A stretch of DNA of 64,000 nt, from the NCBI GenBank assembly GCA_963664225.1, contig OY760937.1, forward strand, positions 5,152,001 to 5,216,000. Reading direction: 5' to 3'. The position numbers and the translations under genes are program-made. The DNA is from Verrucomicrobiia bacterium (lineage in GTDB: Bacteria > Verrucomicrobiota > Verrucomicrobiia > Limisphaerales > UBA1319). Positions 40,455 to 49,859 of this stretch are shown in pieces. Position 1 is the stretch's first letter. Each line of letters starts with the position of its first letter. The notes below the pieces were generated by a model. The model did not search any database and was not told the DNA's origin. It was given only the letters and a program-made list of their open reading frames with translations.

Positions 40455-41579
40455 ATGATCAATTCACCTGAACTGCGGAAAAAATGTGCTCAAGAGCTTC
40501 TCAGCGCGATTGATCGCGCGGGTAAAATGGCGGCTTTCGTCGGCCTCGATGGATTTGTTGACGAGATCATCCACATGGTGGACAGCCGACAAAGCGCGAA
40601 AGCTTTCACACGGATTCCCACCATTACAAAATTGGCTGAACGGATTGCAGCGGCGGCCAACAAAAGCGCGAATATCGAGATGGTCACCAAAATGACCAAG
40701 CTCGGTGGCAATGGTCCGATCATGGCCAACGCCTTGAGCAGCTTTGGCATCAAGGTCACCTATGTCGGTGCCTTGGGCTTTCCAAACTTGCATCCGGTGT
40801 TCCAGGAGTTTGCGCGCAAGGCGGATGTGCATTCGATTTGCGAGGCGGCGCATACCGACGCCCTTGAATTCGAGGATGGCAAACTGATGCTTGGCAAGAT
40901 GACGCAGTTGAACGACGTCAATTGGGCCAATATCAAAGCGAACTATGGCGAGGCGAAGTTTGCGGATAAATTCAACAAGTGCGCCCTGGTGGGATTCGTG
41001 AACTGGACGATGATTCCCTACATGAGCGAAATATGGGAGGCGATGCAGAAGGAGTTGTGTCCCAAGCTGACCGGTCCGCGCCGGAAGATGTTCTTTGATC
41101 TGGCTGATCCCGAGAAGCGTTCCGCGAAGGAAATCGCGCGCGCGCTCAAATTGATGAAGGGATTTGAGAAGTATTTCGATTGCATCCTGGGTTTGAACGA
41201 GAAGGAAGGGTTTGAAATCGCCGAAGTGCTGGGCCTGGAAATGAAGGATCATTCGGCTGAAGGTATTGCGGCGCTCGCGGCGGAAATTCAGAAACAGGTG
41301 AAGATCAACACGGTTGTGATCCATCCCGTGGCTTTTGCCGCGGCCGCGAGCAAGGACGATGTGCAGGTGGTGAAAGGGCCGTTCTGCGCCAAGCCGTTGA
41401 TCAGCACCGGCGCGGGCGATCATTTTAACTCGGGCTTCTGCCTGGGCAAGATGCTCGGATTCGATAACGCCATGAGCTTGATGACGGGCGTGAGCACCAG
41501 CGGCTATTATGTGCGGACGGCCAAGAGCCCGAACATGAAGGAGTTGAGTGGCATGTTGACGAAATGGCCCAAGGAATAA
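40455..41579 (+). CDS. PfkB-family carbohydrate kinase-like protein
   Basis: GGNGPIMANAL, LNEKE, STGAGDHFNSG. Confidence 0.8.
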   Translation: MINSPELRKKCAQELLSAIDRAGKMAAFVGLDGFVDEIIHMVDSRQSAKAFTRIPTITKLAERIAAAANKSANIEMVTKMTKLGGNGPIMANALSSFGIKVTYVGALGFPNLHPVFQEFARKADVHSICEAAHTDALEFEDGKLMLGKMTQLNDVNWANIKANYGEAKFADKFNKCALVGFVNWTMIPYMSEIWEAMQKELCPKLTGPRRKMFFDLADPEKRSAKEIARALKLMKGFEKYFDCILGLNEKEGFEIAEVLGLEMKDHSAEGIAALAAEIQKQVKINTVVIHPVAFAAAASKDDVQVVKGPFCAKPLISTGAGDHFNSGFCLGKMLGFDNAMSLMTGVSTSGYYVRTAKSPNMKELSGMLTKWPKE

Positions 41580-41605
41580 CGTTATCCAGACGGATGGTCT
41601 AAATG

Positions 41606-41635
41606 ACGGGCCGGAACGTTCTCCGGCCCGTTTTT
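41606..41635 (+). terminator. Intrinsic terminator
   Basis: ACGGGCCGGA...TCCGGCCCGTTTTT. Confidence 0.8.
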
Positions 41636-41799
41636 AATGTCCCGGGATGGTTTTATCTCGCCTTCAGGACATCAGGACGTTTGGACGTGTCTGTATTTGC
41701 CAGCGCGCTGAGGGTGGCTATATTGGTCTGGATTTGAGCGCGCATCGGCAATCCCATGGGTTGAGATGCGGCATTGGTTTTGTTAGACGGAATAAGAAA

Positions 41800-42369
41800 A
41801 TGATTTTACCGATAGTCAAATATGGACATCCCGTTCTGCGCAAGAAGGGTGCCAGAGTCGAGTCGCTGACACCGGATATTGTTCAGTTGATCACGGATAT
41901 GTACGAGACCATGGAGTCTGCCAAAGGCGTTGGCCTCGCCGCACAACAAGTGGGCCGCGCGCTGCAATTGGCGGTCATCGACGTGCGCGACATGGAGGAT
42001 CGTCCCTCCACGCTAAGCTTCAAAGGGGAGTCGGTGGATGTGGATGCATTCATGCCCATGGCATTGGTGAATCCGGAAATTCGACCATTGGGGGATTGCG
42101 TGGCCGGGCCGGAAGGCTGCCTGAGTTTCCCTGAAATTTATGCGGATGTGGTGCGCCCGGAGCGTATCGCAGTCAAAGCCCTGGATCAAAAGGGAAGGAC
42201 GCAGGAATTTGAATGCGGCGGTTTGCTGGCCCGCGCCATCCAGCACGAGTACGACCATCTACAGGGGATCCTGTTCATCGACCGAATGTCCACCCAGGAA
42301 AAAATGGGGATCAAGCCCGAATTGGACGATTTGCAGAGCGAAACAAAGGCGGAATTGGCCGCAAAATAG
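41800..42369 (+). CDS. def: Peptide deformylase
   Basis: GVGLAAQQ, EGCLS, QHEYDHL. Start set at MILPIVKYG. Confidence 0.96.
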   Translation: MILPIVKYGHPVLRKKGARVESLTPDIVQLITDMYETMESAKGVGLAAQQVGRALQLAVIDVRDMEDRPSTLSFKGESVDVDAFMPMALVNPEIRPLGDCVAGPEGCLSFPEIYADVVRPERIAVKALDQKGRTQEFECGGLLARAIQHEYDHLQGILFIDRMSTQEKMGIKPELDDLQSETKAELAAK

Positions 42370-42414
42370 CTTAAAGCCCCAATAAAACGAATTGCGATGG
42401 GGATTCCCGATTTT

Positions 42415-42450
42415 ACGGGATTGTGGTCGTAATGGCCATAATCCCGTTTT
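42415..42450 (+). terminator. Hairpin terminator between convergent def and guaA
   Basis: ACGGGATTGTGGTC-gtaat-GGCCATAATCCCGT followed by Ts. Confidence 0.7.
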
Positions 42451-42566
42451 GCTTTTTTGACCACTGAGCTAGACAAGCGGCACAGGGGAAATTGGTCAGG
42501 GTACAATTCAGTTACAACCACGTTCCTGCAATGCATCGATAGGCACAGGGCAAAAAGCCCATGGGC

Positions 42567-44108
42567 TTATTCCCACTCGATGGTCGCCGGTGGTTTACTC
42601 GAAATGTCGAGGCAGACACGGTTGACGCCTTTAACCTCGTTGATGATGCGGTTGGAAATTTTTTCAAGCACATCGTAGGGGAGTTTGGCCCAGTCGGCGG
42701 TCATGCCGTCCTGGGATTCCACCGCCCTGACGGCTATGGTGTAATCATAGGTGCGTTCATCGCCCATTACGCCCACGCTGCGGACTGGCAACAAAACCGC
42801 GAAGCTTTGCCAGATCTTGTAATACAAGCCGGCGTTCTTGATTTCTTGCACAACTACAGAATCGGCGTTGCGCAGAATTTCCAGACGTCGGGCGGAGACT
42901 TCGCCCAGTATGCGAACCGCCAGACCGGGGCCGGGGAAAGGCTGGCGAAAAACGATCTCCTTGGGCAATCCCAGTTCCAAACCCAATTGGCGGACTTCAT
43001 CTTTGAAGAGACAGCGCAATGGCTCGACCAACTGCATCCTCATTTTCTTGGGTAGACCGCCCACGTTGTGGTGGCTCTTGATCATCGAGGCGGGATTGCC
43101 GGCAATGGGCACGGATTCGATGACGTCCGGATACAGGGTGCCTTGGGCCAGAAAGCGCGCTTTGCCCACTTTCTGAGTCGATTTCTGAAAAACATCAATG
43201 AAGGTGCCGCCAATGATTTTTCGTTTTCGCTCTGGATCGGTGACTCCTTTAAGTTTTCGCAAAAACAAGGCAGAGGCATTCTCGTACTTGAGGCGGATCT
43301 TGAAATTCCTGCCAAAAACCTCCTGAACCGTATCCGCCTCGTTGGCCCGTAAAAGGCCATTATTGACGAAAATGCAGGTCAATTGATCGCCGATGGCCTT
43401 GTGCAGCAATGCCGCAGCCACACTGGAATCCACACCGCCGCTCAAGCCCAGGATCACATGTTCCTTGCCCACCTGCGCGCGGATTTGTTCCACCGCCTGG
43501 TCCACATAATTGCGCATCGTCCAATCCCTGCCGCAGCCGCAGATGTCATGAACGAAATTGCTGATGATGACCGAGCCTTTCGGGGTATGGACCACTTCCG
43601 GATGGAACTGGAGTCCAAAAATGGATTTTTTCCGCTCTTCAATGGCGGCAAAATCGGAGTTTTCCGTGACGGCCACGGATTTGAAACCTTTGGGCAGCTT
43701 GGTAATCTTGTCGCCATGCGAATTCCAAACCTGAAGTTCACCGGGCAGATTTTGGAAGAGCACGCAGGCTGGATCGGTGATCTTGAGCTGTCCTTTGCCG
43801 TACTCGCGCTTGGTGCCGGACTCGACTTTGCCGCCCATGAATTGGGCGATCAATTGCAGCCCGTAGCAAATCCCCAAAATTGGAACGCCCAACTTGAAAA
43901 TGGCCGGGTCGGGCAGCGGCGCGCTCGCAGCATACACACTGGCTGGACCGCCGGACAGAATGATGCCGCGAGGCTTCAATTCAGCGATTTTTGCCGCCGG
44001 TGTGCTGAAGGGCAGTATGACGCAATACACGTTGCATTCCCGAATGCGACGGGCAATGACCTGCGTGTACTGCGATCCAAAATCCAATATGATTATCTGG
44101 TCGATCAT
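42567..44108 (-). CDS. guaA: GMP synthase (glutamine-hydrolysing)
   Basis: [48 protein letters not shown]. Confidence 0.98.
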   Translation of the reverse strand: MIDQIIILDFGSQYTQVIARRIRECNVYCVILPFSTPAAKIAELKPRGIILSGGPASVYAASAPLPDPAIFKLGVPILGICYGLQLIAQFMGGKVESGTKREYGKGQLKITDPACVLFQNLPGELQVWNSHGDKITKLPKGFKSVAVTENSDFAAIEERKKSIFGLQFHPEVVHTPKGSVIISNFVHDICGCGRDWTMRNYVDQAVEQIRAQVGKEHVILGLSGGVDSSVAAALLHKAIGDQLTCIFVNNGLLRANEADTVQEVFGRNFKIRLKYENASALFLRKLKGVTDPERKRKIIGGTFIDVFQKSTQKVGKARFLAQGTLYPDVIESVPIAGNPASMIKSHHNVGGLPKKMRMQLVEPLRCLFKDEVRQLGLELGLPKEIVFRQPFPGPGLAVRILGEVSARRLEILRNADSVVVQEIKNAGLYYKIWQSFAVLLPVRSVGVMGDERTYDYTIAVRAVESQDGMTADWAKLPYDVLEKISNRIINEVKGVNRVCLDISSKPPATIEWE

Positions 44109-44287
44109 TCGAAAGATTTACAAACCCTAATGGAGAACACAACAGTTTTGCCAGACCAAAATTCCGGGAGTAACGAATTTTGTCGATAAGCAAGCACCCC
44201 GAGGGAAGATGCTCGCAAAACGAGTCTTCGCCGATACGGCATCGCCTTCAAACGCCAGCCGGAATCATCAATGGACGATGCAAAAGA

Positions 44288-44650
44288 TTACTGCGTCTTC
44301 AGCACCTTTATAGCGCCTGTCTTGGGATCGTAATCATACTCCGTCCCGCGCGGCAGCTTTGGGAGTTCAGGCAGATAATGCTTGGCGATCAATTCGTTCA
44401 AATCCTTGGGGTAACGATCTTCCTGTGCATAAAAAAGATCGATATTCTTTCTGAGTGATGCTGTGTCGATAGTCTTTATGGCGACCTTCTGAGCCCGATT
44501 GATGGCTCCGAGATAATCGGCTGGCAGTGTTAAAGGGTTTCCAACTTCGGAAGTGGTATTTGTGGCGGGTGGTTTGGGGGTTTCCGCTTTTTTCCCGCAA
44601 CCCGTCATCGCCAACCCTGTGGCCACCAAAACGATCGCAAGTCTCTTCAT
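44288..44650 (-). CDS. Lipoprotein with a GspG/pseudopilin-like C-terminal segment
   Basis: Lipobox MTGC; LRKNIDLFYAQEDRYPKDLNEL..YL..LP...YDYDPKTG. Confidence 0.65.
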   Translation of the reverse strand: MKRLAIVLVATGLAMTGCGKKAETPKPPATNTTSEVGNPLTLPADYLGAINRAQKVAIKTIDTASLRKNIDLFYAQEDRYPKDLNELIAKHYLPELPKLPRGTEYDYDPKTGAIKVLKTQ

Positions 44651-44751
44651 GCGACAATCTATAGCAGATTCCATTGAATATCCAAGTCCTATCGGAACGC
44701 GCGGATTTTGCGCTTTTCAAGTCAAGTTCAAGATCGACGCTGATGACGCTT

Positions 44752-46359
44752 CTATTTTTCGCGCGCATCGAAGAGTCTCGAATCCTCCAGGTCCAGACGA
44801 TACATGACCTGGTTATAATCGTAGCGTGGTGTTGCTTCTGGGTTGCCGGAAAATTCCTTGGTGTATGTCCCTTCAAAGTAAATCACGCGGCCTTCCTCCT
44901 GGTCCAGGAAGGCATGGTGAATGGGATTATAGAAGGTGTAACGATCGTGGGTGACGATCTTTCTGGCTTTAAGCCATGGGCCGGTGGGCTGTTTTGCTTC
45001 CGCATACCAAACCTCGCCCAGAAAAGAAGTGCCGTCCTGCTGAACCGCGATGAGAATCCAACGTTGCCTCCATGGATTCCAGCGCACCGAGCCTCCGTGC
45101 ATGCGAATGGTTTTGCCCGAAACGGCATCGATTGGTGAAAAATGGGCCTCCTCGTTTTTCATCAGGCCGCTCTTAATCAATGCTCTTTCCTCGACAGGCC
45201 CGGTGGGTGGCGCGTTGGTGGTCCATCGATAAATCAATTGCCCGTTGGAGTCGCGCTGCAAATGTGCTTTTGCTGCATCTGAGGCGCTGCCCTCCGCAAG
45301 GCAGGTCCACGCTTCGTATGAACAGGGATTGACCATGCATTTGAGTTCGGCACGCACTCGGACATTGGGGAATGGCGTGCAGAAATAATAATAATCGCAG
45401 TCCTTTTCGCGGTGTTTGAAAACAGGTCCACGCGGACATTGCCAGGATTCCTCAATTTTGAATGCGGCATGGCGTTCAAATTCCTCCTTGTCGTCATTGT
45501 ATATGGCCAACCCATGTTCCAGCAAGGCTCCGAGTCCTTTTAATCGGGCAAAATGCGTGATCAGGCGTTCCCGACCCGTATCGTCAGCAACCGTGAGAAG
45601 ACCGTCGATCCAGACCACACCCTCCGGGGGTTCGAACGGGCAAATGCCTTTGGAAAAACCGTCCGCATTGCTGAAGTATTGGAAGTTAATGCCTGATGAG
45701 GGATCGAGACCACCAGACGCCGGCAAAAGAGACGTGGCGCCACTGGTTCGAAAGTTTCCCAAGGGATAACTCAGGCGGGCTGTATCGCCCCAAAACCAAT
45801 AGATCCGACCACGATAGAGTACGGATTGAACGCTATCCTGGCCGACAACCTGGGCGTTGAGCAAAGGTTGAGCCAATGGCGCGGATTCACCGACGAGCAC
45901 GCTATCCCGGTAAATCCCCGCGCCGGTGGTCCGATAGAGGCGTTCCGCAATGTTTACCCGTTTGATTTTTACGATGGTCTTTCCTCCAGGCTTGGTTTCA
46001 ACACGGGTTCCTACAATCCCAAAGCCGTCCGGCGCCAGTTCATAACCATGGCTGCGCACGGAGAAAAAGACCGTTTGATTCATTAAACCCGGTTCCTGAA
46101 ACGCAATGCGTCCGGCACTGTCGGTTACGTAACGAATGCGATCCACCGTATCCAATTCGACCAATGGAACCCCTCTGCCGGTTTGGGAATCCACGACCTG
46201 GATTTGATGGCAACCTTGCGCGGGGGAGGCAGCGTTTAAAAGTGGTTTTGTGCTAAAGAGTGCGACCGCAACGACCAAAGTTGCCAGGGCATGACGAACG
46301 CCCTGAGCGCCGCACAGGTTCATTAGGATTGAGCGTGGTGAAAACAAAAGGATGCGCAT
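44752..46359 (-). CDS. Secreted hypothetical protein, probable beta-propeller (DUF4185-like)
   Basis: Signal peptide; WFWGDT, TGPW repeat-like motifs. Confidence 0.6.
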   Translation of the reverse strand: MRILLFSPRSILMNLCGAQGVRHALATLVVAVALFSTKPLLNAASPAQGCHQIQVVDSQTGRGVPLVELDTVDRIRYVTDSAGRIAFQEPGLMNQTVFFSVRSHGYELAPDGFGIVGTRVETKPGGKTIVKIKRVNIAERLYRTTGAGIYRDSVLVGESAPLAQPLLNAQVVGQDSVQSVLYRGRIYWFWGDTARLSYPLGNFRTSGATSLLPASGGLDPSSGINFQYFSNADGFSKGICPFEPPEGVVWIDGLLTVADDTGRERLITHFARLKGLGALLEHGLAIYNDDKEEFERHAAFKIEESWQCPRGPVFKHREKDCDYYYFCTPFPNVRVRAELKCMVNPCSYEAWTCLAEGSASDAAKAHLQRDSNGQLIYRWTTNAPPTGPVEERALIKSGLMKNEEAHFSPIDAVSGKTIRMHGGSVRWNPWRQRWILIAVQQDGTSFLGEVWYAEAKQPTGPWLKARKIVTHDRYTFYNPIHHAFLDQEEGRVIYFEGTYTKEFSGNPEATPRYDYNQVMYRLDLEDSRLFDAREK

Positions 46360-46534
46360 GACCTATTTTCTGCCTTCTTCAGAAAGAATTGTCACGGGAT
46401 AGTTGAAGGGATTTGGGAGGCGTCTTCGAGTGGATGCAATGGTTGTGTGGCTGCAAAATGTCCCTACAACATTATTGACTTTATTCTTGCATAATTCACT
46501 AGAACCAATATATTGGGTTAAACCCAACTGACTT

Positions 46535-48592
46535 ATGTATTTTGGAGTCGATTACTACCCTGAACATTGGACCTTCCCTTACGCAGGAACTCCTGAAGAA
46601 CCCGAGAGCCGTTGGGAAACGGACGCTCTTTTGATGGAGGAAGCGGGGATTAATGTGGTGAGGATGGGCGAATTTGCCTGGGGCATGTATGAGCCAAGCG
46701 AGGGCGATTTTCATTTCGATTGGATGCGGCGGGCCATGGACACGATGGGCAAGCACGGCATCAAGGTTGTTCTGGGCACTCCTACGGCCGCTCCGCCGTT
46801 GTGGCTAACACAACGTCATCCTGAAATTCTTCCGGTGGATTATCGAGGCATTGTGAAGCATGCGGGCAGCCGCCGTGCGTATTGCTTCAATTGTGATGTC
46901 TATTGGGTTTATTGCCAGAGGATTATTCGGGCTATGGCAGGGGAATTGGGAGACCATCCCCAATTGATAGGTTGGCAGATTGACAATGGTCTGGCCGGGC
47001 ATAATACGCATGCCTCATTCAATGAGGAAACCTGCCGTGACTGGCAGTCGTGGCTAAAGTCCAAATATGGAAGCATCGACAAATTGAACGATGCCATGGG
47101 ATTGCGGTTTTGGGGGCAGTTGGTCACCGATTGGTCGCAAGTGCCCATGCCGCGCGAAGCGCCAACCTGGCACAATCCGGCGTTGATGACTGATTGGATG
47201 CGGTTTTCCAGCGATACGATTGTGGCTTTTGTGAAGATGCAGGCGGATTTGTTGCACGAATTAACACCGAAGTGCCCTGTCACAAGCAATTTACGTGCAT
47301 TATCAAGGCCTTTCGATCATTTCGATGTGGCCGAGGTTCTGGATTTCGTTGCGTTGGACAGCAACGCCACCGTCAAATCACGATCTTCCGAGATCGCCTG
47401 TGAAATGGACATGATGCGTTCTTTGAAGAAAACAAATGTGCGTACCCCGGACGGAGAGCCGGGCTTTTGGGTGATTGAACAAAAGGCGGGCAACGTGGAC
47501 TGGCAAGAGGTGAATTCCCTGGTGCGTCCCGGTGTTGTTCGAATGTTTACCTATCAACTGCTGTCACGCGGCGCCAGTGGGGTATTATATTTTTTATGGC
47601 GTCAGCCGCGCATCGGATCGGAAAAATTTTATGGAGGCGTTCTAACCCATGACGGCAGGGGCGATAATCATACTTACAAGGAAATATGCCAGATAGGTGA
47701 GGAAATGAAGCTTCTGGCCCCGGCGATCAAGGGAACCGAAGTGGTGGCTGACGCCTGCATATTGATTTCTCACGAAAACGAGTGGGTGATGGAATATGGC
47801 TGGCAGCCAACCAAGGAGTTCAAGCTGAGAGACCATATTCAGATGTATTATAATGCACTGCACGATCGGAATATCTCGGTGGATTTTGCACGGCCAACGG
47901 AAGATATTTCCAAGTATAAACTGGTGATTGCGCCTTCGCTTCACATGCTGGCGGGCGGTGAAGCCGATTTGCTCAAGCTCTATGTGCAGAATGGAGGAAC
48001 ACTGATCAGCACTTGCAACACGGGCCTGGTCGATGAGCATGTGATGGCACCGGATTCGGGTTATCCTCACGATCTGACGGATGTGTTTGGTCTCGAGGTT
48101 CTGGAATTTGATCTTTTACCTCCAGGGGAGGAGAATAATCTGGCGTTCAAGGGAACTTTTCCCACCAGCCATCTGCATCCCGCCCGGATATGGTGCGATA
48201 TCATTGAGCCGCGTGAATGCCAGGTTTTGGCGACTTATTCGAAGGATTTCTATGCGGGCAAACCGGCCATTACAATCAACACCTTTGGACTGGGGCGCGC
48301 GATTTATGTGGGGACAGTCAGCCATCAAGCGTTCTATTACGATTTGGCGATGTGGTTACGTCAACTATGCGGTCTTTTTCCCCTGCTGAAAGTTCCTGAT
48401 ACGGTCGAAGTCTGCATGCGCCAAAAAGATGACGCGAAAATATATTTCCTCATTAACCATCAGAATTCTCACGTCCGAATCCAGTTTTACAAGCCAATGC
48501 ACGATTTTTTGACCGGAAACACCTTTTCCGGCAATTACGATCTGCCACCCCATGGTGTTCTGGTTCTGGACGAGCGCTATGCCAAAGTATAA
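46535..48592 (+). CDS. GH42 beta-galactosidase-like protein
   Basis: GVDYYPEHW, GEFAW..EP, TPTAAPPLWL, FWVIEQ, EKFYGG, trimerisation domain. Confidence 0.9.
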   Translation: MYFGVDYYPEHWTFPYAGTPEEPESRWETDALLMEEAGINVVRMGEFAWGMYEPSEGDFHFDWMRRAMDTMGKHGIKVVLGTPTAAPPLWLTQRHPEILPVDYRGIVKHAGSRRAYCFNCDVYWVYCQRIIRAMAGELGDHPQLIGWQIDNGLAGHNTHASFNEETCRDWQSWLKSKYGSIDKLNDAMGLRFWGQLVTDWSQVPMPREAPTWHNPALMTDWMRFSSDTIVAFVKMQADLLHELTPKCPVTSNLRALSRPFDHFDVAEVLDFVALDSNATVKSRSSEIACEMDMMRSLKKTNVRTPDGEPGFWVIEQKAGNVDWQEVNSLVRPGVVRMFTYQLLSRGASGVLYFLWRQPRIGSEKFYGGVLTHDGRGDNHTYKEICQIGEEMKLLAPAIKGTEVVADACILISHENEWVMEYGWQPTKEFKLRDHIQMYYNALHDRNISVDFARPTEDISKYKLVIAPSLHMLAGGEADLLKLYVQNGGTLISTCNTGLVDEHVMAPDSGYPHDLTDVFGLEVLEFDLLPPGEENNLAFKGTFPTSHLHPARIWCDIIEPRECQVLATYSKDFYAGKPAITINTFGLGRAIYVGTVSHQAFYYDLAMWLRQLCGLFPLLKVPDTVEVCMRQKDDAKIYFLINHQNSHVRIQFYKPMHDFLTGNTFSGNYDLPPHGVLVLDERYAKV

Positions 48593-48604
48593 TTTGAGCC
48601 GGTA

Positions 48605-49012
48605 ATGGCTTGGAAACCGGGATTCGATAGTCAACCGTTTGTGCCAGCCCGCTCACCTCTTCAAAGAGTCATGGCGGAATGGCGGGGTGTGGATTTAAGA
48701 CCGTTGGAAGTCGCGCACCAGGACGCGGCCCAGCCGATCCACCAAACGCTGGCAGGTGTATTGAAAAACCTTAAACTGGACCAGCGTCGCTCCGACGCGG
48801 AAGTGCTCAAGGTTTGGAATCATTCGATGGCGCCCGATGTGGTCTCCCATGCGCAGCCGGCCGGTCTTTTTAAAGGCACACTGTTCATCAATGTGGACAG
48901 CAGCGTCTGGTTGGGCGAAATCGTGCGTTACCGGCGTCGTGAAATCCTCCAGCGTTTGCAACACAGTTTTGGGAAGGACTTGATCGAGCGCATCTCGTTC
49001 CGCATCGGATGA
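48605..49012 (+). CDS. DciA / DUF721 family protein
   Basis: W...VVSHAQP..LFKGTLFINVDSSVWL.E, ISFRIG. Confidence 0.8.
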   Translation: MAWKPGFDSQPFVPARSPLQRVMAEWRGVDLRPLEVAHQDAAQPIHQTLAGVLKNLKLDQRRSDAEVLKVWNHSMAPDVVSHAQPAGLFKGTLFINVDSSVWLGEIVRYRRREILQRLQHSFGKDLIERISFRIG

Positions 49013-49031
49013 CCTCAGTTAAGGGATCCTT

Positions 49032-49859
49032 TCAGTCATTTGAACTGTTGCGGCTGATGAGTCCAAATTCGGTTCGTTTGATCCATCCTGCAAAGTCATT
49101 GCCTGCCCTGATATAGAGGTAGTTGCCACGGGCCGTTTCGAGGCGCGCGATTTCGCCGGCTTGAAGTTTGCCAAGAATTTGGGCCTCACGAGTGGGGGTC
49201 AAACGCAGCGGGGTCTGATCTGTGAGAATCACGCCCAACGAGGAGCGGGTATGGATGCCTGCCAGGGCTGGAATGCAGATGAAAAAAACTGCGAAAGCTC
49301 CTGCAGCCACTCCTTGAAGCCAGTCCGTCCGACGTTTGCGCAAATTCCCAGGAAGCATCACCATCGCCAATCCGCCCCAAAAACTGATCATGGCAAGCCA
49401 TGCCCACGCGCGGGATGACAGCCAGGTGGAACAAATCTCATACCAGGACAGATTGGGCGCTTCAAGGTGAGCGGTTTTGCGGGCGAAACGGAGATTGGCT
49501 AGGGTGTTTGCATTGAAGGGTTCCAACCAATTGGCGCGTTCCCAGGCAAGAATGGCAGGACCGTTACGCCCACATTTCCAGTCCGCATTGCCGAGATTAT
49601 GAAGGACGCCTGAAGCCGGGGCATTCGATAAAACGGTCTGAAACGTTCGGGCTGCGGACTCGTAGTCGCCATTGATATAGGCTTGAAGGCCGTCTTGAAA
49701 AAAGGCGTCGGGTGGTTTGGCCCAAAGACAATTTTCAGTATAAACACCAAGAAGGACCAGGAGGATGGCCGAAAACCAAACGTCCCATGAACGGGTTCGG
49801 GAGCACTCCAGATTCTGGGTCTTTAAATCCATCAGTTTTGGTTGGAGTGTGATGGTCAT
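49032..49859 (-). CDS. BatE-like TPR plus SH3 protein
   Basis: AYINGDYESA, HNLGNA, AILAWERA, ANLRF, 2 TM segments, SH3-like GE...GWI. Confidence 0.8.
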   Translation of the reverse strand: MTITLQPKLMDLKTQNLECSRTRSWDVWFSAILLVLLGVYTENCLWAKPPDAFFQDGLQAYINGDYESAARTFQTVLSNAPASGVLHNLGNADWKCGRNGPAILAWERANWLEPFNANTLANLRFARKTAHLEAPNLSWYEICSTWLSSRAWAWLAMISFWGGLAMVMLPGNLRKRRTDWLQGVAAGAFAVFFICIPALAGIHTRSSLGVILTDQTPLRLTPTREAQILGKLQAGEIARLETARGNYLYIRAGNDFAGWIKRTEFGLISRNSSND

